A stretch of DNA of 64,000 nt from the NCBI GenBank assembly GCA_964016885.1, contig OZ024740.1, positions 189,782,001 to 189,846,000 of the forward strand, written 5' to 3'. Source of the stretch: Eledone cirrhosa. Its lineage: Eukaryota. Under the pieces are notes generated by a model. It did no database searches. It had not been told where the DNA came from and saw only the letters and a program-made list of their open reading frames with translations. Of the stretch, positions 1 through 14,634 are shown in pieces. Each line of letters begins with the position of its first letter. Positions within the stretch are counted from its first letter, which is position 1. The translations under genes and the position numbers were made by a program.

Positions 1-300
1 TGCATGCAGTTACAGGTTGGATTGATGACTCCACATTGACCATGGTAGAGTTTGATCTTGATAGGTTTAAATAGCTCTGGTAAACCATCTTTATCAGGCT
101 ACTCGACTGAAACGATGTCATCAACATCATCTGGTAATATCCCCTCCTTGCACCATATTAGTGAGTGATAGTGAGGAAGTCCTCTCTTCTGCCAATTAAT
201 AGTGGTCCTCCAGGCACTAAGTTCAGCAAAGAATCTTCCTTCTTTTAGAAATCAGAGGAGTTTTGTTTTCTTTTTACAATGTTCATGCTGTTCAACAACA
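1..300 (-). mobile_element. Decayed Helitron Rep fragment (runs off window start)
   Basis: Minus-strand translation of ~160-218 gives SAWRTTINWQKRGLPHYHSL (Helitron HUH motif E-[FW]-Q-K-R-G-L-P-H-x-H). It is followed by DDVDDIVSVE.PD...YHGQCGVINPTCNCM, typical of Helitron Rep. Stops are present. Confidence 0.8.
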
Positions 301-2105
301 ATTATGATTGCAACTTCATCAGTGACAAAAGCATTCGTATTCTGCGTCCATATTCTGAAGGCAGGCGTTTGTCTGTCCTGATGATGACTTTACTATCCCT
401 AGTGCTGTTCCTGTGCACCAGTGAATATTTAAATATACTGACTTACATGTGATGTTAGTTAAGCATTTTTTGTAACGTCATTACTATGTAGAATTGCAAC
501 CCACCATGGATATTGATATATCTCTGTCGTGCCGCCTGATTCATTTCCACCCAAATAATAAACCTGAACAAATTTGGCAAGCTTTTTTGGAAGTGCCAAA
601 AGGTTGCCCAATACCTGAAATATTGCTTCTTTATATATAAATACATACGGAAATATCTATAATTGAATCTAAATAGATTCTTTGCTTCGTAAATCAAAGA
701 TATTGTTACCATTACTTGTCCGAATAGGGAATATATATATGTAATTCTTTGGGTGTTCATACGCTAGTTTTCAGGGTTTAGGCAGACACACAAAATCAAA
801 AACTTTCATTTTTATATATAATGCAAACCATACAATAATGTCACCAGTTTTCACTTACATTTTTCGAATAGAATGTTAACTATGATTTTCCGTGCGTTTT
901 AAAGGTAAGTTATATTACGGTACGGAATCGTTGATGCAGACATATTAATGGCCTCAGTGAATAGTTATTTGGTGGTAACGGACTAGTAGTTATTCATATA
1001 AAATTGAGGGAAGATAGTATTGTTTCTATTACAGATTGTTTAAGACAGCTTGAGTGGCAATCCACAATGCTACAGGTGAGAAATATTTTATTATAATCCA
1101 CCTGTAACTGTCTCTATCATATACTCCTATATAGTGTGCACTCTGAGATATAGTTTCCATGTTTCCATGTTTTGTCTCATTTAGTGGGTATTGGAACGGC
1201 TGCCGCTATATGCATCTTTATTCCACTGACCACATTAACAAATTTATATAATTATATGCATGCTGTTTTACTGGTAACATTTTTGGTTGTTTGGTTTTAT
1301 TAGGCTGGCTTTCTTTGACAGTAAATCGTATAGTATTTTAAGTTTAATTATGCATCTGTAGGTATGAGTGGTTCCGATCTATCGTTGATTTCAATGTTAA
1401 TTTCAGGGTATGTCAGACATAACCCCCTCTCCTCTATTTCGCAATAATATTTTTCTTATAATTTTATTCGTGAGTTGGCCTGTGCACTCATAATTACAGA
1501 TAATAATGCTAGTTAAGTTTATAACAAATGTCGGCTGAACTTGTTTGGAAATTCTATATCATTACATCGAAATGAATTAAGCATGTACTTACGTGTAGCA
1601 TCATGTATGAAGTTACTTAAAATAATTAAACGTGTGGAAGGTAAGATAGTAAGACGTTGAATATTCCAGTTTGTCAATGTTTCAGCTACAACTGTCAGTT
1701 ATATTGGTATCAACGGGAAAATACGACATCAATCCCTAATTTCCATTTATGTGTAATAAAGGCACGGCATATAGCTCTATGTATTTGTGCTACATTTTCT
1801 AGGAAGATATATAGAAAGCGGAGTAATGTATTGTTGTGCATTCCTTTCTCGATATATATTCATGTAAGCCATTGTATTCCGGAAAAACAAATCATTCTAG
1901 ATATATGTACATAAAAAGAACAAACCTAACTGAAACCTACAATGGTTTAAAGAGAAAAAAACATTTTATCAAAAACCCACTCGAAGTAAATAACTGTATA
2001 ATACATGGAAAGATTTCAAACGACAGTAAAATGGATGGAAACATAAGGAAAAAAGAAAAATGAAGTAAAATCAAACACCAAAACGTTTCTGTAATTAAGG
2101 AATAA

Positions 2106-2121
2106 CTCTCTCTCTCTCTCT

Positions 2122-2213
<92 letters not shown>

Positions 2214-2282
2214 ACACACGCACACACACATACACACACACATGTGCGCCCACGCACGCACACACTCACACACACACGCACA

Positions 2283-2317
<35 letters not shown>
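2106..2317. repeat. Compound (CT)n(CA)n(TA)n microsatellite
   Basis: Direct inspection. Representative of dozens of such tracts in the window. Confidence 0.95.
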
Positions 2318-2326
<9 letters not shown>

Positions 2327-4369
2327 ACTTCCAAATATATCCGGAAATTAAAATGAAACGAAATGGAAGTATTTCTCAACACATTATTATGTTCACTGAA
2401 ACATTTCCTATGCATTGCAAAAGGACAGGAGGCTCAATATGTATTGCATTTAGACACTTAATATATCTACATGGAAAGCAGAAACGATTGACTTCATGAA
2501 ATATCCAACAAACAAAAGCAATCAAACTTCAATGTATTTGATGATGTTACAAATTTACTACTGTGTTGAATGTATTGAATGTTTCTTATATTCCTTTATG
2601 CTTTGCGATGTTGTAGGGCTTCCATAATGCACTTACATAATGTGTACTTTGCTTCAATAGCAGCCTTTCACTGAGGATCTTTTAGTTTATGATTAATACA
2701 AACATATTATCCAACCAATCCAGCTTCACTACATTACTTATTGCCACCTATATTAATATGGTGAGGAATAGATATCTGATTAAGAAAATAATATTCATGA
2801 TGCTTAGCGAAGAACGCTCAGTGATTAATACTAATTTAGGCTGGTCGACGACTCCTCTCAAATTTCTATCATATTAGATCGTCTCATTTTACCCGTCAAA
2901 TTAATGGTACGAGAATCAGTATATTGAGAGAAAATTATATTAGTGTGATAGCATTAAACTTTAGTGTAATGAGAGAGGGAATTTAGTTACAGAAATAGGT
3001 CAAACAAAAGTAATAATATATCTAGTCTCATCATATTTATACAGGGAAGGACGGAGACAAATATGATTCTCTGAGAATATTTAACGATATGGAAACATGT
3101 CTGGAGTTGTTGCGTGAACTTGCCAACATTGATTAAATTCATATTACTCATTGTCATAAACTTTTCGCCGCACCACATAATATTTATTCACAAATTAGGA
3201 TTTTTTGGCTCATTAGATTAAGTATGACGGTCTAAATACGACTGTTAATTTTTATAAAGATGACATTCTCATAATTTCCCTCAGTCAGTGTTAGTCAGTT
3301 AAATATAATGATTCAGTTCTTTGGATGTGATACGAATATAGGTTGCAAATAGCAATTGCTTATGTTTCCTATATTACTATGATACTATACAGAGTATCGT
3401 TGATCACATTTTTTGATGACGTGTGCCGTGTAAAACTCAACATAACTTCAATGAGATTAATGAAAATAATGTATAATTCCAGGAATTACTGAATAAAGCA
3501 TCAACTTATTTTCGTTTGGTAATAAAGGAAAAATGATTAAAAATCATTTAAATGTTATAAACTCATATATATGGTATTGAAACTACGGTACAATATTAAG
3601 TTCTTAAACTGAAATACACAACAGGAAAACAATATGTAACCAATGATATGATATACTTTTCAATGTTCTAAATATTATCACCTATAAAAAATTCTTACGT
3701 TATTCTCGAAGAGGAACAAGACAACTATACAACATAGCAAGTGATATAATTATAGCGATCTGTATGACGCTGATATCAAATATTTCCAAACGCATTAAGA
3801 TCTAAGTGAAACATCACTAACACCCCTATAAAAAACGACAAGACGTCCAATACATTTTTCGAAACTCACCATTTTAATACTTATACATATATAAATGACG
3901 CTGTTTGCATTATTGCAAACGAATCGAATATTTTTATCAATATTCGAAAAACTCAGATTACATTTATTGTCCTCAGCCATGTAGAGCGAAAATCTGTTTT
4001 TTTTGTTGTTTTATGAATATGGCAAAGCTGGCCATTTATCGCTCGTATACAGGAGACTGACTAGCCAGCCTTCTAATATGCAAATCTGGCTGATCAGTGG
4101 CTCTGCTAATATGCCGGATCTGCCTGATCACCCAGTCTGCTAATAGGCAAATCAGGATGATCAGTCACTGTATATTTTAAAAAATATCATATATTTTCAC
4201 TAGCTCTGACAGTTGACAGGTGAACAGTGACCTGTACTGATGAAGGGTAATGACCAGAAACATTAGTGTCTGCAGTTCTGTTTACATGCCAATACATGAT
4301 CAAGAATGAGTGGCTCATTCTACTGCAAACAAATCGAATATAATTATTAATATTCGAAATACTCAGATT

Positions 4370-4522
<153 letters not shown>

Positions 4523-4590
4523 AGAATTGGTGCTCTGAAATAGCTATATATATATGAATGTATATATAGTGTATTTTGCAATACACTGTA

Positions 4591-4660
4591 TGCTTAATTA
4601 AAAGCATTTCGAAGACCTTATGCTATAGCATAAGGGCTTCGAAATGCTTTTAATTAAGTA
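4591..4660. repeat. 70-bp near-perfect palindrome next to a (TA)n tract
   Basis: tgcttaattaaaagcatttcgaagaccttatgcta|tagcataagggcttcgaaatgcttttaattaagta. Confidence 0.9.
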
Positions 4661-4713
4661 AAGAATCGCTGCTTTCACACTTAACGGTATCTTCTGAAAC
4701 TATATCCTTATCT

Positions 4714-5178
4714 TGTTTAGACAAATCACAGAGGCAATAAACATAAATGAACTCCAACCAAAATTAAATAGAAAACATGAATGGAATAGCAACATCACAA
4801 CTTACAATTAAGGACAAAATGAAAAAACACACATACATAGAACAAACAACCAACCAGTAACATGTAAATAAACAAATAAATAAATAAATAAAACACAACA
4901 TAGACACACGGATGTAATGCATGCGCAAACTAAGCACACAACACACACGAAAACAAGATGGCGTAGGACAGAACAAAGGAGAGGCACAAGACAAAGAAAA
5001 TAATCCCGTCACTGAAGAGGTCACATAATGTGTGACGAAAGAATTTGACAATATACGAACAACCGTCCGGTTGTGGAACCAACCAACCAAACGTTGTTAT
5101 TTATAATAAATTGGAGTGAAAGCAACTGGTGCGTGTGTTTCTTATTGGCAACATGACCCTCCCAAAGTATAACAATAT
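4714..5178 (+). mobile_element. 5'-truncated PLE copy (ORF C-terminal tail + 3' pLTR), same family as 54928-57047
   Basis: Closely matches 56553-57047 (tgtttagacaaatcacagaggcaataaacataaatgaactccaacc ... catgaccctcccaaag(t/c)ataacaatat). Confidence 0.9.
5008..5049 (+). ncRNA. Minimal type I hammerhead ribozyme in PLE 3' repeat
   Basis: gtca CTGAAGA g gtcaca-taatg-tgtgac GAAA gaatt tgac. Stem I gtca/tgac, stem II gtcaca/tgtgac, minimal stem III. Confidence 0.75.
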
Positions 5179-5232
5179 CAGTTTCAACACACGTTTTCAT
5201 ATAAAGTATCTTGCTAAACAAATTCAGAAATG

Positions 5233-5286
<54 letters not shown>

Positions 5287-8169
5287 ATGTGTGTGTGTGT
5301 GTGTGTGTAAGTATATATAAATATGTATGTATGTTGAACATAAGATCTAGGGGTTTAATCTCCTATTGTTATAACAAAGTTAACCCACTTGCGTATTAAG
5401 AACGTAGAGCAACATAACTAAGTTATCGACAGACGTGTATCGTATTTCACTGTTAAATATTCACCTCGGAGTGATTCGTTCTCAACACGTAATTGGGCAT
5501 ACCTAATTCTCCATAGCCATATACTATTTGATACACTTTTGTAATGATGAAGGAATAATAATAGTAATAAAAAATTATCATAATATTAAGATCTAATGCG
5601 AAATACCAGCTGAACAATATATGGAGAAAATAAGAATTCTTATGTTGGAAAAATCTTTTTCCCTTCTATAGCCACTAAATTGTAGAAAACTTTGTTAGAA
5701 ATTTCGTTTCAGAGTCACCTATTGTAGGTCTTCAATCTCCAAATCAGCGTCAATCCACAAAATTAAGTTTAGCTACAAAATTTATTGAATGCGTTGACCT
5801 AAATTATTATTATTTTTTATTTTACTTAATACAATTGGAGGTTGTGGTTTTGTTCGTCAGTAAATACTTGGAACTGGGTCTTCTTCTAGAATTCTTTTAC
5901 GTTGCAAAGCCATTCATAAATTTCTATAGAGTCAGTGTAAAGTATTTATCAATGTCTGACAGAACTGATAAGCTTATTAACTCACATTGTTGAGATGAAT
6001 AAAGCTATGTTTATTTCTGATGGGAATCTAGTGGTTACCAATAGTGAAAATGGGCTTCGAATTTAAAATGACATGTGATGAAAAAATGTTTGAGATGTAT
6101 TTCGGAATATGTGTGCGTTATATTACTTAAAAACGCAAAGTCAAATAATTGGTTTTGTTCACAGACCTAAACGGAATGAAGAATCAAGTTATTGCCTTGT
6201 TCAATAGTTGAAAAGTAGTCTAGCTAGAAATATATTGAGCATCAATCTCTGGCGGAGAGACACCTATTTCTTAAACGGTTGGATGGCATTAAATGTATCG
6301 ATCATTTTTCATCCAGACATATGGAATACAAATTTAAGTTACGGCTTGTTTGGTTCTATTCAAGAAATTAAACATTAACATATATCAATTTTTTTTATTT
6401 AATCAGATAGCATATTAGATGTTTTTTGAGAATGACATTAACTTTGTTTAGATATAGGAGCAGTTAAGAAATAGTTGAATTCGACCCTAGTAAGAAGAAC
6501 AACTAGGTTCTTCACATTGGAAGGAAGGATGTGAAACATTTGATGCATGTAAGTTGTATGCATTGGTTAATTGTGTGCATTGGTTAATTGGGTGCTTTGG
6601 ATAATTGTAAACCCGTTCTAAAAGGAGACAGGGAATTCTAATAAGAAAAGAACCAATAGAGAGTATAGGATATATTTATTATTTAGCATAGATAAGCCTT
6701 GATTAAGGTGAACTATGATTAATGCTGTCCAAGCAATGGCTATTCTGTATTTGTATAAATCAAGCATTAACTTATTCAATATATCCGCCATTTCTAAAGA
6801 AAATAAGGTACACATTTGATCTGATTTTGTCGCTTTTTCTAGGTCTAGCGTTTACGTTGATGCTCTTTCGAGCGCTTTTAGGAATAGTTGTGCGCAAGCA
6901 GGGCGTTGTACTAGTAAGACCCTAGAATATTTAGTTGTTTATAGGAAACATGTGATTATAACTTCTTGGATCCAAACTTTATACTATTCCGCTCATAAAA
7001 AAACATAGGGTAGCGATAAGAAAGACGCATTTATTTAGTAAATCTGTTAAACATTCTATTAGATTTTCTTTCAGATCAACTCCTACACTCGATAAAATGG
7101 ATGTCAGTTCTGAATAACATAGTTTTAGGTATAATATTTCTGGCTCTAGATTTTTAGGGCATAGCTTTGCCCAATCAGGGCTGACCTTGAGGTAAATAAC
7201 ACCAAATAAAATTAAAATAATTATAGGGAGTAAATACTGCTTTTACTAGAACTGGATATCTGTTGCTGGTCTAGACGAAGCAAAGCTAAACTGTACAGTA
7301 CTTCACAGTATCAGCATCCCTAAATCGAAAGGACTTATGTTATTAAGAACAAATGTAGCAAACCCAAATAGCATTTATAAGTGTGTAGTATTACAGAGCT
7401 CTTCCACTTCTCAGATAAATATGCATTAGACAAGCCAGCGAAGGGGATCCTCCTCGATAACTTGATTTGCTAGAAACATCAGATAACTTTCCCTTGAAAG
7501 AGAACCTACCATCTTAGAGAATAATTATATCTAAACCATGATTATTATAGAGTGTAAAATTCATAAAGAAAAACGGTATGATAATCATGGCTGGAACGCT
7601 ATCCGTTTGTCTATTCCGAATTAACGTACGAGCAATCTTAACTATAATAAAGAAAAGAGTGCGGGACTGCATCCAGAATATAATTGTTTATCCCATTTGT
7701 AAAATAAGTTGGATTACTTTGAATAAATAATTGTTTCTACTTTAGGCACAAGGCCAGCAATTACTGGTACTATAATGAATGAATATTACATAATTTATGA
7801 TCATAACACATGATCAAACATATATTAAAAACATTATTGCAAACTTCAAGATTCACTTCTTTTAAAAGATCCAAATTTCAATACTTCCGGTATATCTATA
7901 CTATATATATAGAGAGAGAGTGAAAGAGAAATATGAAGCGATTTTGACGTTTTTCAACACGCTGATGTGTATGTGTGTGCGTGTGCATGTGTGTATGTTG
8001 TTCTTGGATTTTATAAAATTGCTAGAGTAAGAATGAGAGATATTGTATGTGTGAGTATATATAGAGAGAGATACATATAGAGTGACTGTGACAGAGATAT
8101 ATATATATATATATATTGTTTTCATACGCTTTTTGCTGCTACCACTGTTGTTATGACTACCTCATACTA

Positions 8170-8331
<162 letters not shown>

Positions 8332-8446
8332 TATATGAAATAGCAAACGAATATAAATCGTTCTTTCATAACGTTTATAATATTCCGTCTCTCATTTATT
8401 TCAAACATACATTTATTTCAAAGATTTCTTTTTTCCGTGTAAGCTA

Positions 8447-8480
<34 letters not shown>

Positions 8481-8484
<4 letters not shown>

Positions 8485-8850
8485 AAGTTTTATTTAAATT
8501 GTTGGGTTACAACGAGTAAATATTTATAACTGATATAAAAGCACTCAACAAGTATTTGGAGTATATTCACGATATTAAATAAATGGAAACTATATTTATA
8601 AAACCATATTTATTTCATTATATATATTTCAGGGATATCATATTAAAAATATGGTATGCCTTCTTCAGACAAATCAACTTTTTAAACGGAAGTTGAAGTT
8701 GTAAGGTATGTCAAATCTATCTATTTATAAGACTGTTTATATTGTATTTTGTCTGAAGAAGGCATACCATATTTTTAATATGATATCCCTGAAATATATA
8801 TAATGAAATAAATATGGTTTTATAAATATAGTTTCCATTTATTTAATATC

Positions 8851-8852
<2 letters not shown>
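8481..8852. mobile_element. HHR-bearing non-coding module with ~105-bp inverted arms (8569-8673 / 8748-8852), between (TA)n tracts
   Basis: The arms are near-perfect reverse complements. Family members lie at 30130-30420 and 61433-61690. Confidence 0.85.
8745..8810 (+). ncRNA. Hammerhead ribozyme (mirror copy on minus strand ~8611-8673)
   Basis: tattttgt CTGAAGA aggcataccatatt-ttt-aatatgatatccct GAAA tatata TA atgaaata. Stem III is palindromic. Confidence 0.75.
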
Positions 8853-8932
<80 letters not shown>

Positions 8933-8959
8933 GCGTGCTCGTTGTTATAAATGGGATAC

Positions 8960-9436
8960 ATATGAATGAAATTTGAATAGAAGATAAGGCGTCCGTCATC
9001 AGTGATCTTCCAGCCGTCGTTGGTATTTCTTCCCATTAAAGATCATATACCCCTGGCTGGTGCGAACAATAACTAAAACAAAGTTATTGGGACACGTAGA
9101 ATAGGGTGAAGCGAGCGAGATATGTAAACAAACAGAGATGGTAATGCAACGGAAAGAGAGGAAGATGAGAAACAAGTCCTTGATATCTGTGAACTTAAGT
9201 TCGATTAAATGACGGACAAAACACACAGACGCGTCCGAAACATGTGAGATGTAAGCGAGAAAAGGAATTCACACAGGTCAGACGGGAGGAAGTGAGAGAG
9301 GCGGAGTAGTAGAGAGTAAGTGAGTGAAACTAGTTATTGCCAGGGGTATATGATCTTTAATGCGAAGAAATATCAACGACGGCTGGAAGACCACTGATGC
9401 CAGACACCTTATCTTCTATTCGAATTTTATTCATAT
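8960..9436. repeat. Inverted repeat module (arms 8960-9057 / 9339-9436) between (TA)n tracts
   Basis: ...ttccagccgtcgttggtatttcttcccattaaagatcatatacccctggc versus gccaggggtatatgatctttaatgcgaagaaatatcaacgacggctggaa... Confidence 0.85.
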
Positions 9437-9799
9437 ATATATAGAAAAATGTTCAGCCACCCACCACCATGAAAGATGTAATTATGTTTACAAGACATTT
9501 TGAACAATCCATTTGAGAACTACAATATTCCCATATATGGAATAACCCCTTGAAAAGTTCGGCTATTTATTACCACCATAAAAATCTAATTTAGTCCAGG
9601 AATAGCCGTCGAAACGGCTTGAGCTCTGCCATCGGAGTCTTGAACATTTTCCTATTACCACCTCTACTACCTTAAGTATTGAGTACTCTGGTGCTTTATG
9701 GTCCACCTGGTTCCTTACCACACTTCCTTCGTTATATATATGTATATGTATATATATATTTATATATATTTTTTTTGTTTTAACATATATTTATTTCTA

Positions 9800-12700
9800 A
9801 GATTCCACAGTAGAGATAACATATATTTATACATACATGACAGAGAGTGAACATGGGACGCAGAAAACATTTCTCATCTAAATCCCAACGCATGGCAGCA
9901 AACGCACAACGACAAAGAGAGATGAGGGCAAATAAATCAAACAATGATCGCTCTACAGCGCATCCCAACAAGTTTCTACAAATTTAAGTCAGTTAATACA
10001 CCAACAACAATTTGCAACAAATACACCAAACGTTCAGAGAGGAAGGAACATGTCAATTGAAGGTCTGGCAAAGAATCCTACAGATGATCCTTTCCAAGAG
10101 CAAACTGATCTTTCCATAATGCCACAACATAATGCCACAACATAATGCCACAACATAATGCCACAACATAATGCCACAACATAATGCCACAACATAATGT
10201 TTCTGTTTGTCCGCAATGCAAAGCTTATCGCTGGCCAAATGAACCCAAATCTCTGTGATGCTTCTAGGGAAAATTGAAACTCCCTAAACTTCCTGTAATA
10301 TTTCGATATCGTTCAAGCAGGAAATTCCTTTCTCCATAAGATACGGGCATATAGCAATGTGCTTCCATTAGCTTCAATTAGTTGCAAAGAGATTAAAGCA
10401 CCAGGATTTAGTCCCACATTTAAGATCCAAGGTAAGATTTGTCATATTATTGGATCACTACTTCCAAGTGATGCTTCACCCAAGTTTGCGCAGATTTACT
10501 TCTATGATACAGATCATGAGCTTCAGAATCGTTTGCATCATACTAATTTAGATGCTGCTGTCCTGCAGGACATGCAAGAAGACTTTCACTACTGTAACAC
10601 CTATATAAGAAGCTTCAAGGCAGTCATTGAAATGCCAGTCTCTGAACATGTAAATAATGTGAATATTGTCCTACATGGTGACAAAGTAAAAGTGATGTCC
10701 ATTGTCGCACATATAATCTTTCTATGGCATCTGAGATTGCTGTAATTCAACCTGAATCACCATTAGGTCTTTTGGATGTCATCATTCATAAAAAAAGATG
10801 GTGGTCTTCAGAGGATTCATCAGTTCTTATGATCCTCTGCATTATGTGCTACTGTTTCCCTGGGGAATGATACGTTTCAGGCTGGTGTGAAAAGGATTGA
10901 CAGCAACCACACACTCACACCCACTGATTTCTACTGTTATCGGTTTCAGGTTAGACAAGGGGATTGTAACACTATCATGAAGAGCAGGTGGCTGATGTAG
11001 CAATATGCGGTAGATGCCCATCAAAAATAGAATATTGTCGCCTCAAATGGGCCCGCAACACTCAAACCATGATACGAGTTGAAAAGTATGATGGTTTGTA
11101 TGATGCTGTGACTGAATGAGATTCAGTAAATGCAGGCCGGAGAATTGTTCTTCCTCATTCAATCTATGGTTCCCCTCGTTTCTACAGTGAGTGCTTTCAG
11201 AATTTGATGACTGTAGTTCGATACATGGGAAAGCCATCTTATTTCATCACAGTAACAAATAACCGTAACTGGGATGAAATAAACAATATGGTGAAGAAAG
11301 ACCTACCTTATATTTGTGCAAGAGTCTTCAAGATCAAGTATGACATACTGAAAAATAATGTCCTCGGAAAGGTTGACACATTCTGCTACAACAGAGTGCC
11401 AGAAATGAGGCCTCACTCATGCTAATATTCTGCTGATAATGGCTGAAGATAGCAAGCCGAAAACAGATGATTCCATTGAACATGTAATGTACTGTGAGAA
11501 TTTTGATAAAGAGATCAATCCAATGTTGCATAAGATCATCACATCCTGCAACACTAATGACCCATGTGGACAAGCTAATATGATGTGCTCATGTATGGAA
11601 GCGCTAGGACAACAACGCCATTCCTCAAAAAGTTATCCGAAGACATTCAGACAAACCACATTTGTTGCCGAAAATTACTTTCCCGAGTATAGAAGAAGGG
11701 ATAGACAGCATGGTCGTCACACCCATACAATCCAACTTAAAGGTCAAGAATTTACTGTTGATAATCGTTGGATTGTTCCATGCAACCCTTTCCTCTGATT
11801 GAGATATCACTGCCACACCAATTGTGAGGTTGTCCACAGTGTCAAGGCTGTTAAGTACTTATATAAGTACATCACAAAAGGATCAGACAAGAACACTTTC
11901 ACTATTAAGGATGATCAAGGAAAGTGTGTCCATACCCAAACTGTGATTGAGACGGATTCTGGAGAATCTATAAATCTCCATTACCACATTGAAAACCGCC
12001 AGTTGAAAAGTTGCCTTGCCATTTATCTGGGGAGCAAATGGTCGTGTATTAGCGAGGGCAGGAGGAAAGGGTTGTTTCTAGGGAGCAGCCAATGACAAAC
12101 TTGACGGAATATTTTCAACTGAATATTAGAGACCCACTGGTACAAAACATATTGTATATTGATATTCCTAAATATTTGACTTGGACAGACAAAAAGTGGC
12201 AAAGAAGAAAAAAGTGAAACTGGATGGTGATCAACAATTTATGTGTGAATGTCTTGGATGCATTCCAACAGTATCTCTCAGTAGACATCAATCTGAATTA
12301 TATTACCTCAGGATGATCCTGCATCACAAGGCTAGGTCAACTTCATACAAATATTTAGAGACAATTGAAGGAGTTGAATTTCCAGCATTCCAAGAAGCAT
12401 GCAGGAAACTTGGATGAAGATGGAGAAAAAGACAAAGCTATGGAAGAGGCCTCATCCATTATGCTAGGACCTCAGCTGCGAGAGACCTTCTGCACCATTG
12501 TATTGTACTTCATGCCAAATGACCCTCTGCAGTTCTGGGATAAATAGAAGAATTTTCTTGCAGAGGATATCATACATGAGCGTCATGAGCAGGTCCTGTC
12601 CATGCCAACCGTGCAAATTGTTCTACGAAAGATCCAACCAAGACTCTTCAACATGTGGCTTGGACATTCATGACGACTATGGACTTCCTCAGCCATACCC

Positions 12701-14634
12701 AACTATTGTTGCCATACCAGAAATCAACAGTGTTCTTAGGCAGAAACTGATTTCAATACACACCAACTGCAAGCAAACATAAATGAACTTCTGCCAACAT
12801 TGAATCCTGAGCAACTGGTTATTTTTCACAAAGTAATCACCTCTGTAAATAAAAATGAAGGCAGAATTTTCTGCTTGAATGTAAGTGCAGGCACAGGAAA
12901 ACCTATGTCATAAACATCCTATTGGATTACCTCCGATCTAAACAATAATTGCACTTGCTACTTCCATATCTGCAATAGCAGCCACTTTGCTTCGCAAAGG
13001 TAGAACTCTTCATTCCAAGTGCAAGATTCCTCTCAATGTGACTGCTGAATCAACTTGCTTCTTCACAAAGAGGGATGTCACAGATAAACTTATGCAGCAA
13101 GCTGAGCTGCTAATCTTTGATGACATATGTATGGGACATAAGAATATCTTTGAATGCCTTGACAGGTGCTTCAAAGATGTTCGAGATTGCAAAAAGCCAT
13201 TTGGTGATCTAACTGTATTACTATCTGGTGACTGGAAGCAAATTATTCCAGTTGTACCTCATGGTGCTAGACCAAAAACAGTTGAAGACACCATAAAATG
13301 ATCCTATCTCTGGGACTATGTGGGAACCATGTAGATGACAACCAATCAACGGTTAATTAATGCAGAGGATTCTGATGAAAGACACTTTGCAAACTACTTT
13401 CTTGATGGTAACATTCCAACTGTTCCAACATTCCAACTGTTCCAACTGTAGGTGCATTCATAATTCTTCTGCCAAATGAACTTTGTCTGGAATATGGTAA
13501 TATGTCTGGACTGTGAGATTGTGTGGATACAAATCTTCCAGGAAACTACACAAACCCACTATGGCTTGCAAATAGAGCCATTATCACTCCAACACATGAT
13601 GCAGCAAGATTAGTGAATGGGTTCATGGTCAACAAGTTCCCTGGTTATGAAATTAATCTACAGAAGTTCTGATACCGTAGATAATGAATTGCAATATCCA
13701 ATTGAGTTCATCAACAAACGAACCCCATCAGGCTTCCAAACACACATATTTAAACTGAAGAAAGGCAGTTGCATCTTGCTTCTGAGAAATCCGGATCCTT
13801 TAAACGGACATTGCAATGGTACACGCTACATCATCATCCGTTTACATAATCATGTAATTGAAGCTGAAGTGGCATTGGGTCCCAATGCTGGAACAAGGTT
13901 GCTAATCCCAAGGATACCACATGGATCTCAAGAGCTTGAGTTCCCTTTCACGTTTACTCGCAAGCAATTTCCTGTCAAACCAGCCTTACATGCAACAAGG
14001 CACAAAGGCAGACATTTGAAAAGATAGGAGTACATCTACCAACACAATTCTTCTCACATGGTCAGATGCATGTTGTATTATCAGGAGTTAAAAAAAAAAG
14101 AAAATATTAAAATATTAAATGAAAGGGGTCTGTTTGCTGGCAACTGTGACTACAAAGAAATTCTACAGTGATGTGAAAGTTATAACTCTCCTTTAGTTGA
14201 AACGCATTTCAGTTTCCTTTTAATTGCTAGAAAAGAGACAAAACTTTAAGAAGTCTATATGTGAATAGAGCAAAACAACAATATAGTGAAGGTCAAATCT
14301 TCATATTGGTAAATGTAATTAATTCATTCATATCAGCAGCATATATTTTCAAATTCACTGCTTGAAGCTTCCGATCGACATTCCCAAATGAAGATTCATA
14401 AATATTTTCCGTCAACAGTTTCATCGCTTTTCCATCTCCATTATTGCCTATTTTTTAAATCTATCATGTATTACTTTACTCATTACAGAAGTAAGTGTAA
14501 CACAGTCTTTGTTCAGTTTATGTGCATATTGTCAATTTACGTATCATATCCATGTGCATATATATTTGCCTTTATCAATATGCACACTATATATACTAGC
14601 AGAAAACCGCCCGAAAGGGCGGTTCTTCTGCTAG
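9800..14634 (+). mobile_element. Decayed autonomous-type Helitron (Rep + PIF1-like helicase pseudogene); 5' end approximate
   Basis: Frameshifted ORF pieces include FKIQGKICHIIGSLLP..FAQIYFYD, Rep motif 1 GKPSYFITVT..NWDEI, decayed motif 2 ECQK*GLTHA and motif 3 VKYLYKYITKGSD. Helicase motifs are AGTGKT, LIFDDICM, GDWKQIIPV and LLRNPDPLNGHCNGTR. There is a 3' hairpin plus CTAG followed by T. Confidence 0.92.
10115..10199 (+). repeat. 13-bp minisatellite (cataatgccacaa) x6.5 inside the Helitron
   Basis: Direct inspection. Confidence 0.95.

Noticed and set aside
1035-1075. Candidate 41-nt exon (ttacag...cag|gtgag)
   Set aside because: Splice signals are plausible, but the peptide is unrecognisable and no linked exons were found.
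6480-6530. Hammerhead-like motif on the minus strand (gtgaaga acctagt...actagggtc gaat) near a possible very old PLE relic at 6.3-7.2 kb
   Set aside because: Both core segments are mutated and the protein similarity is too weak to call.
10115-10199. Short regular repeats as a CRISPR array
   Set aside because: Perfect 13-bp tandem units with no spacers, in a eukaryotic context with no cas genes.
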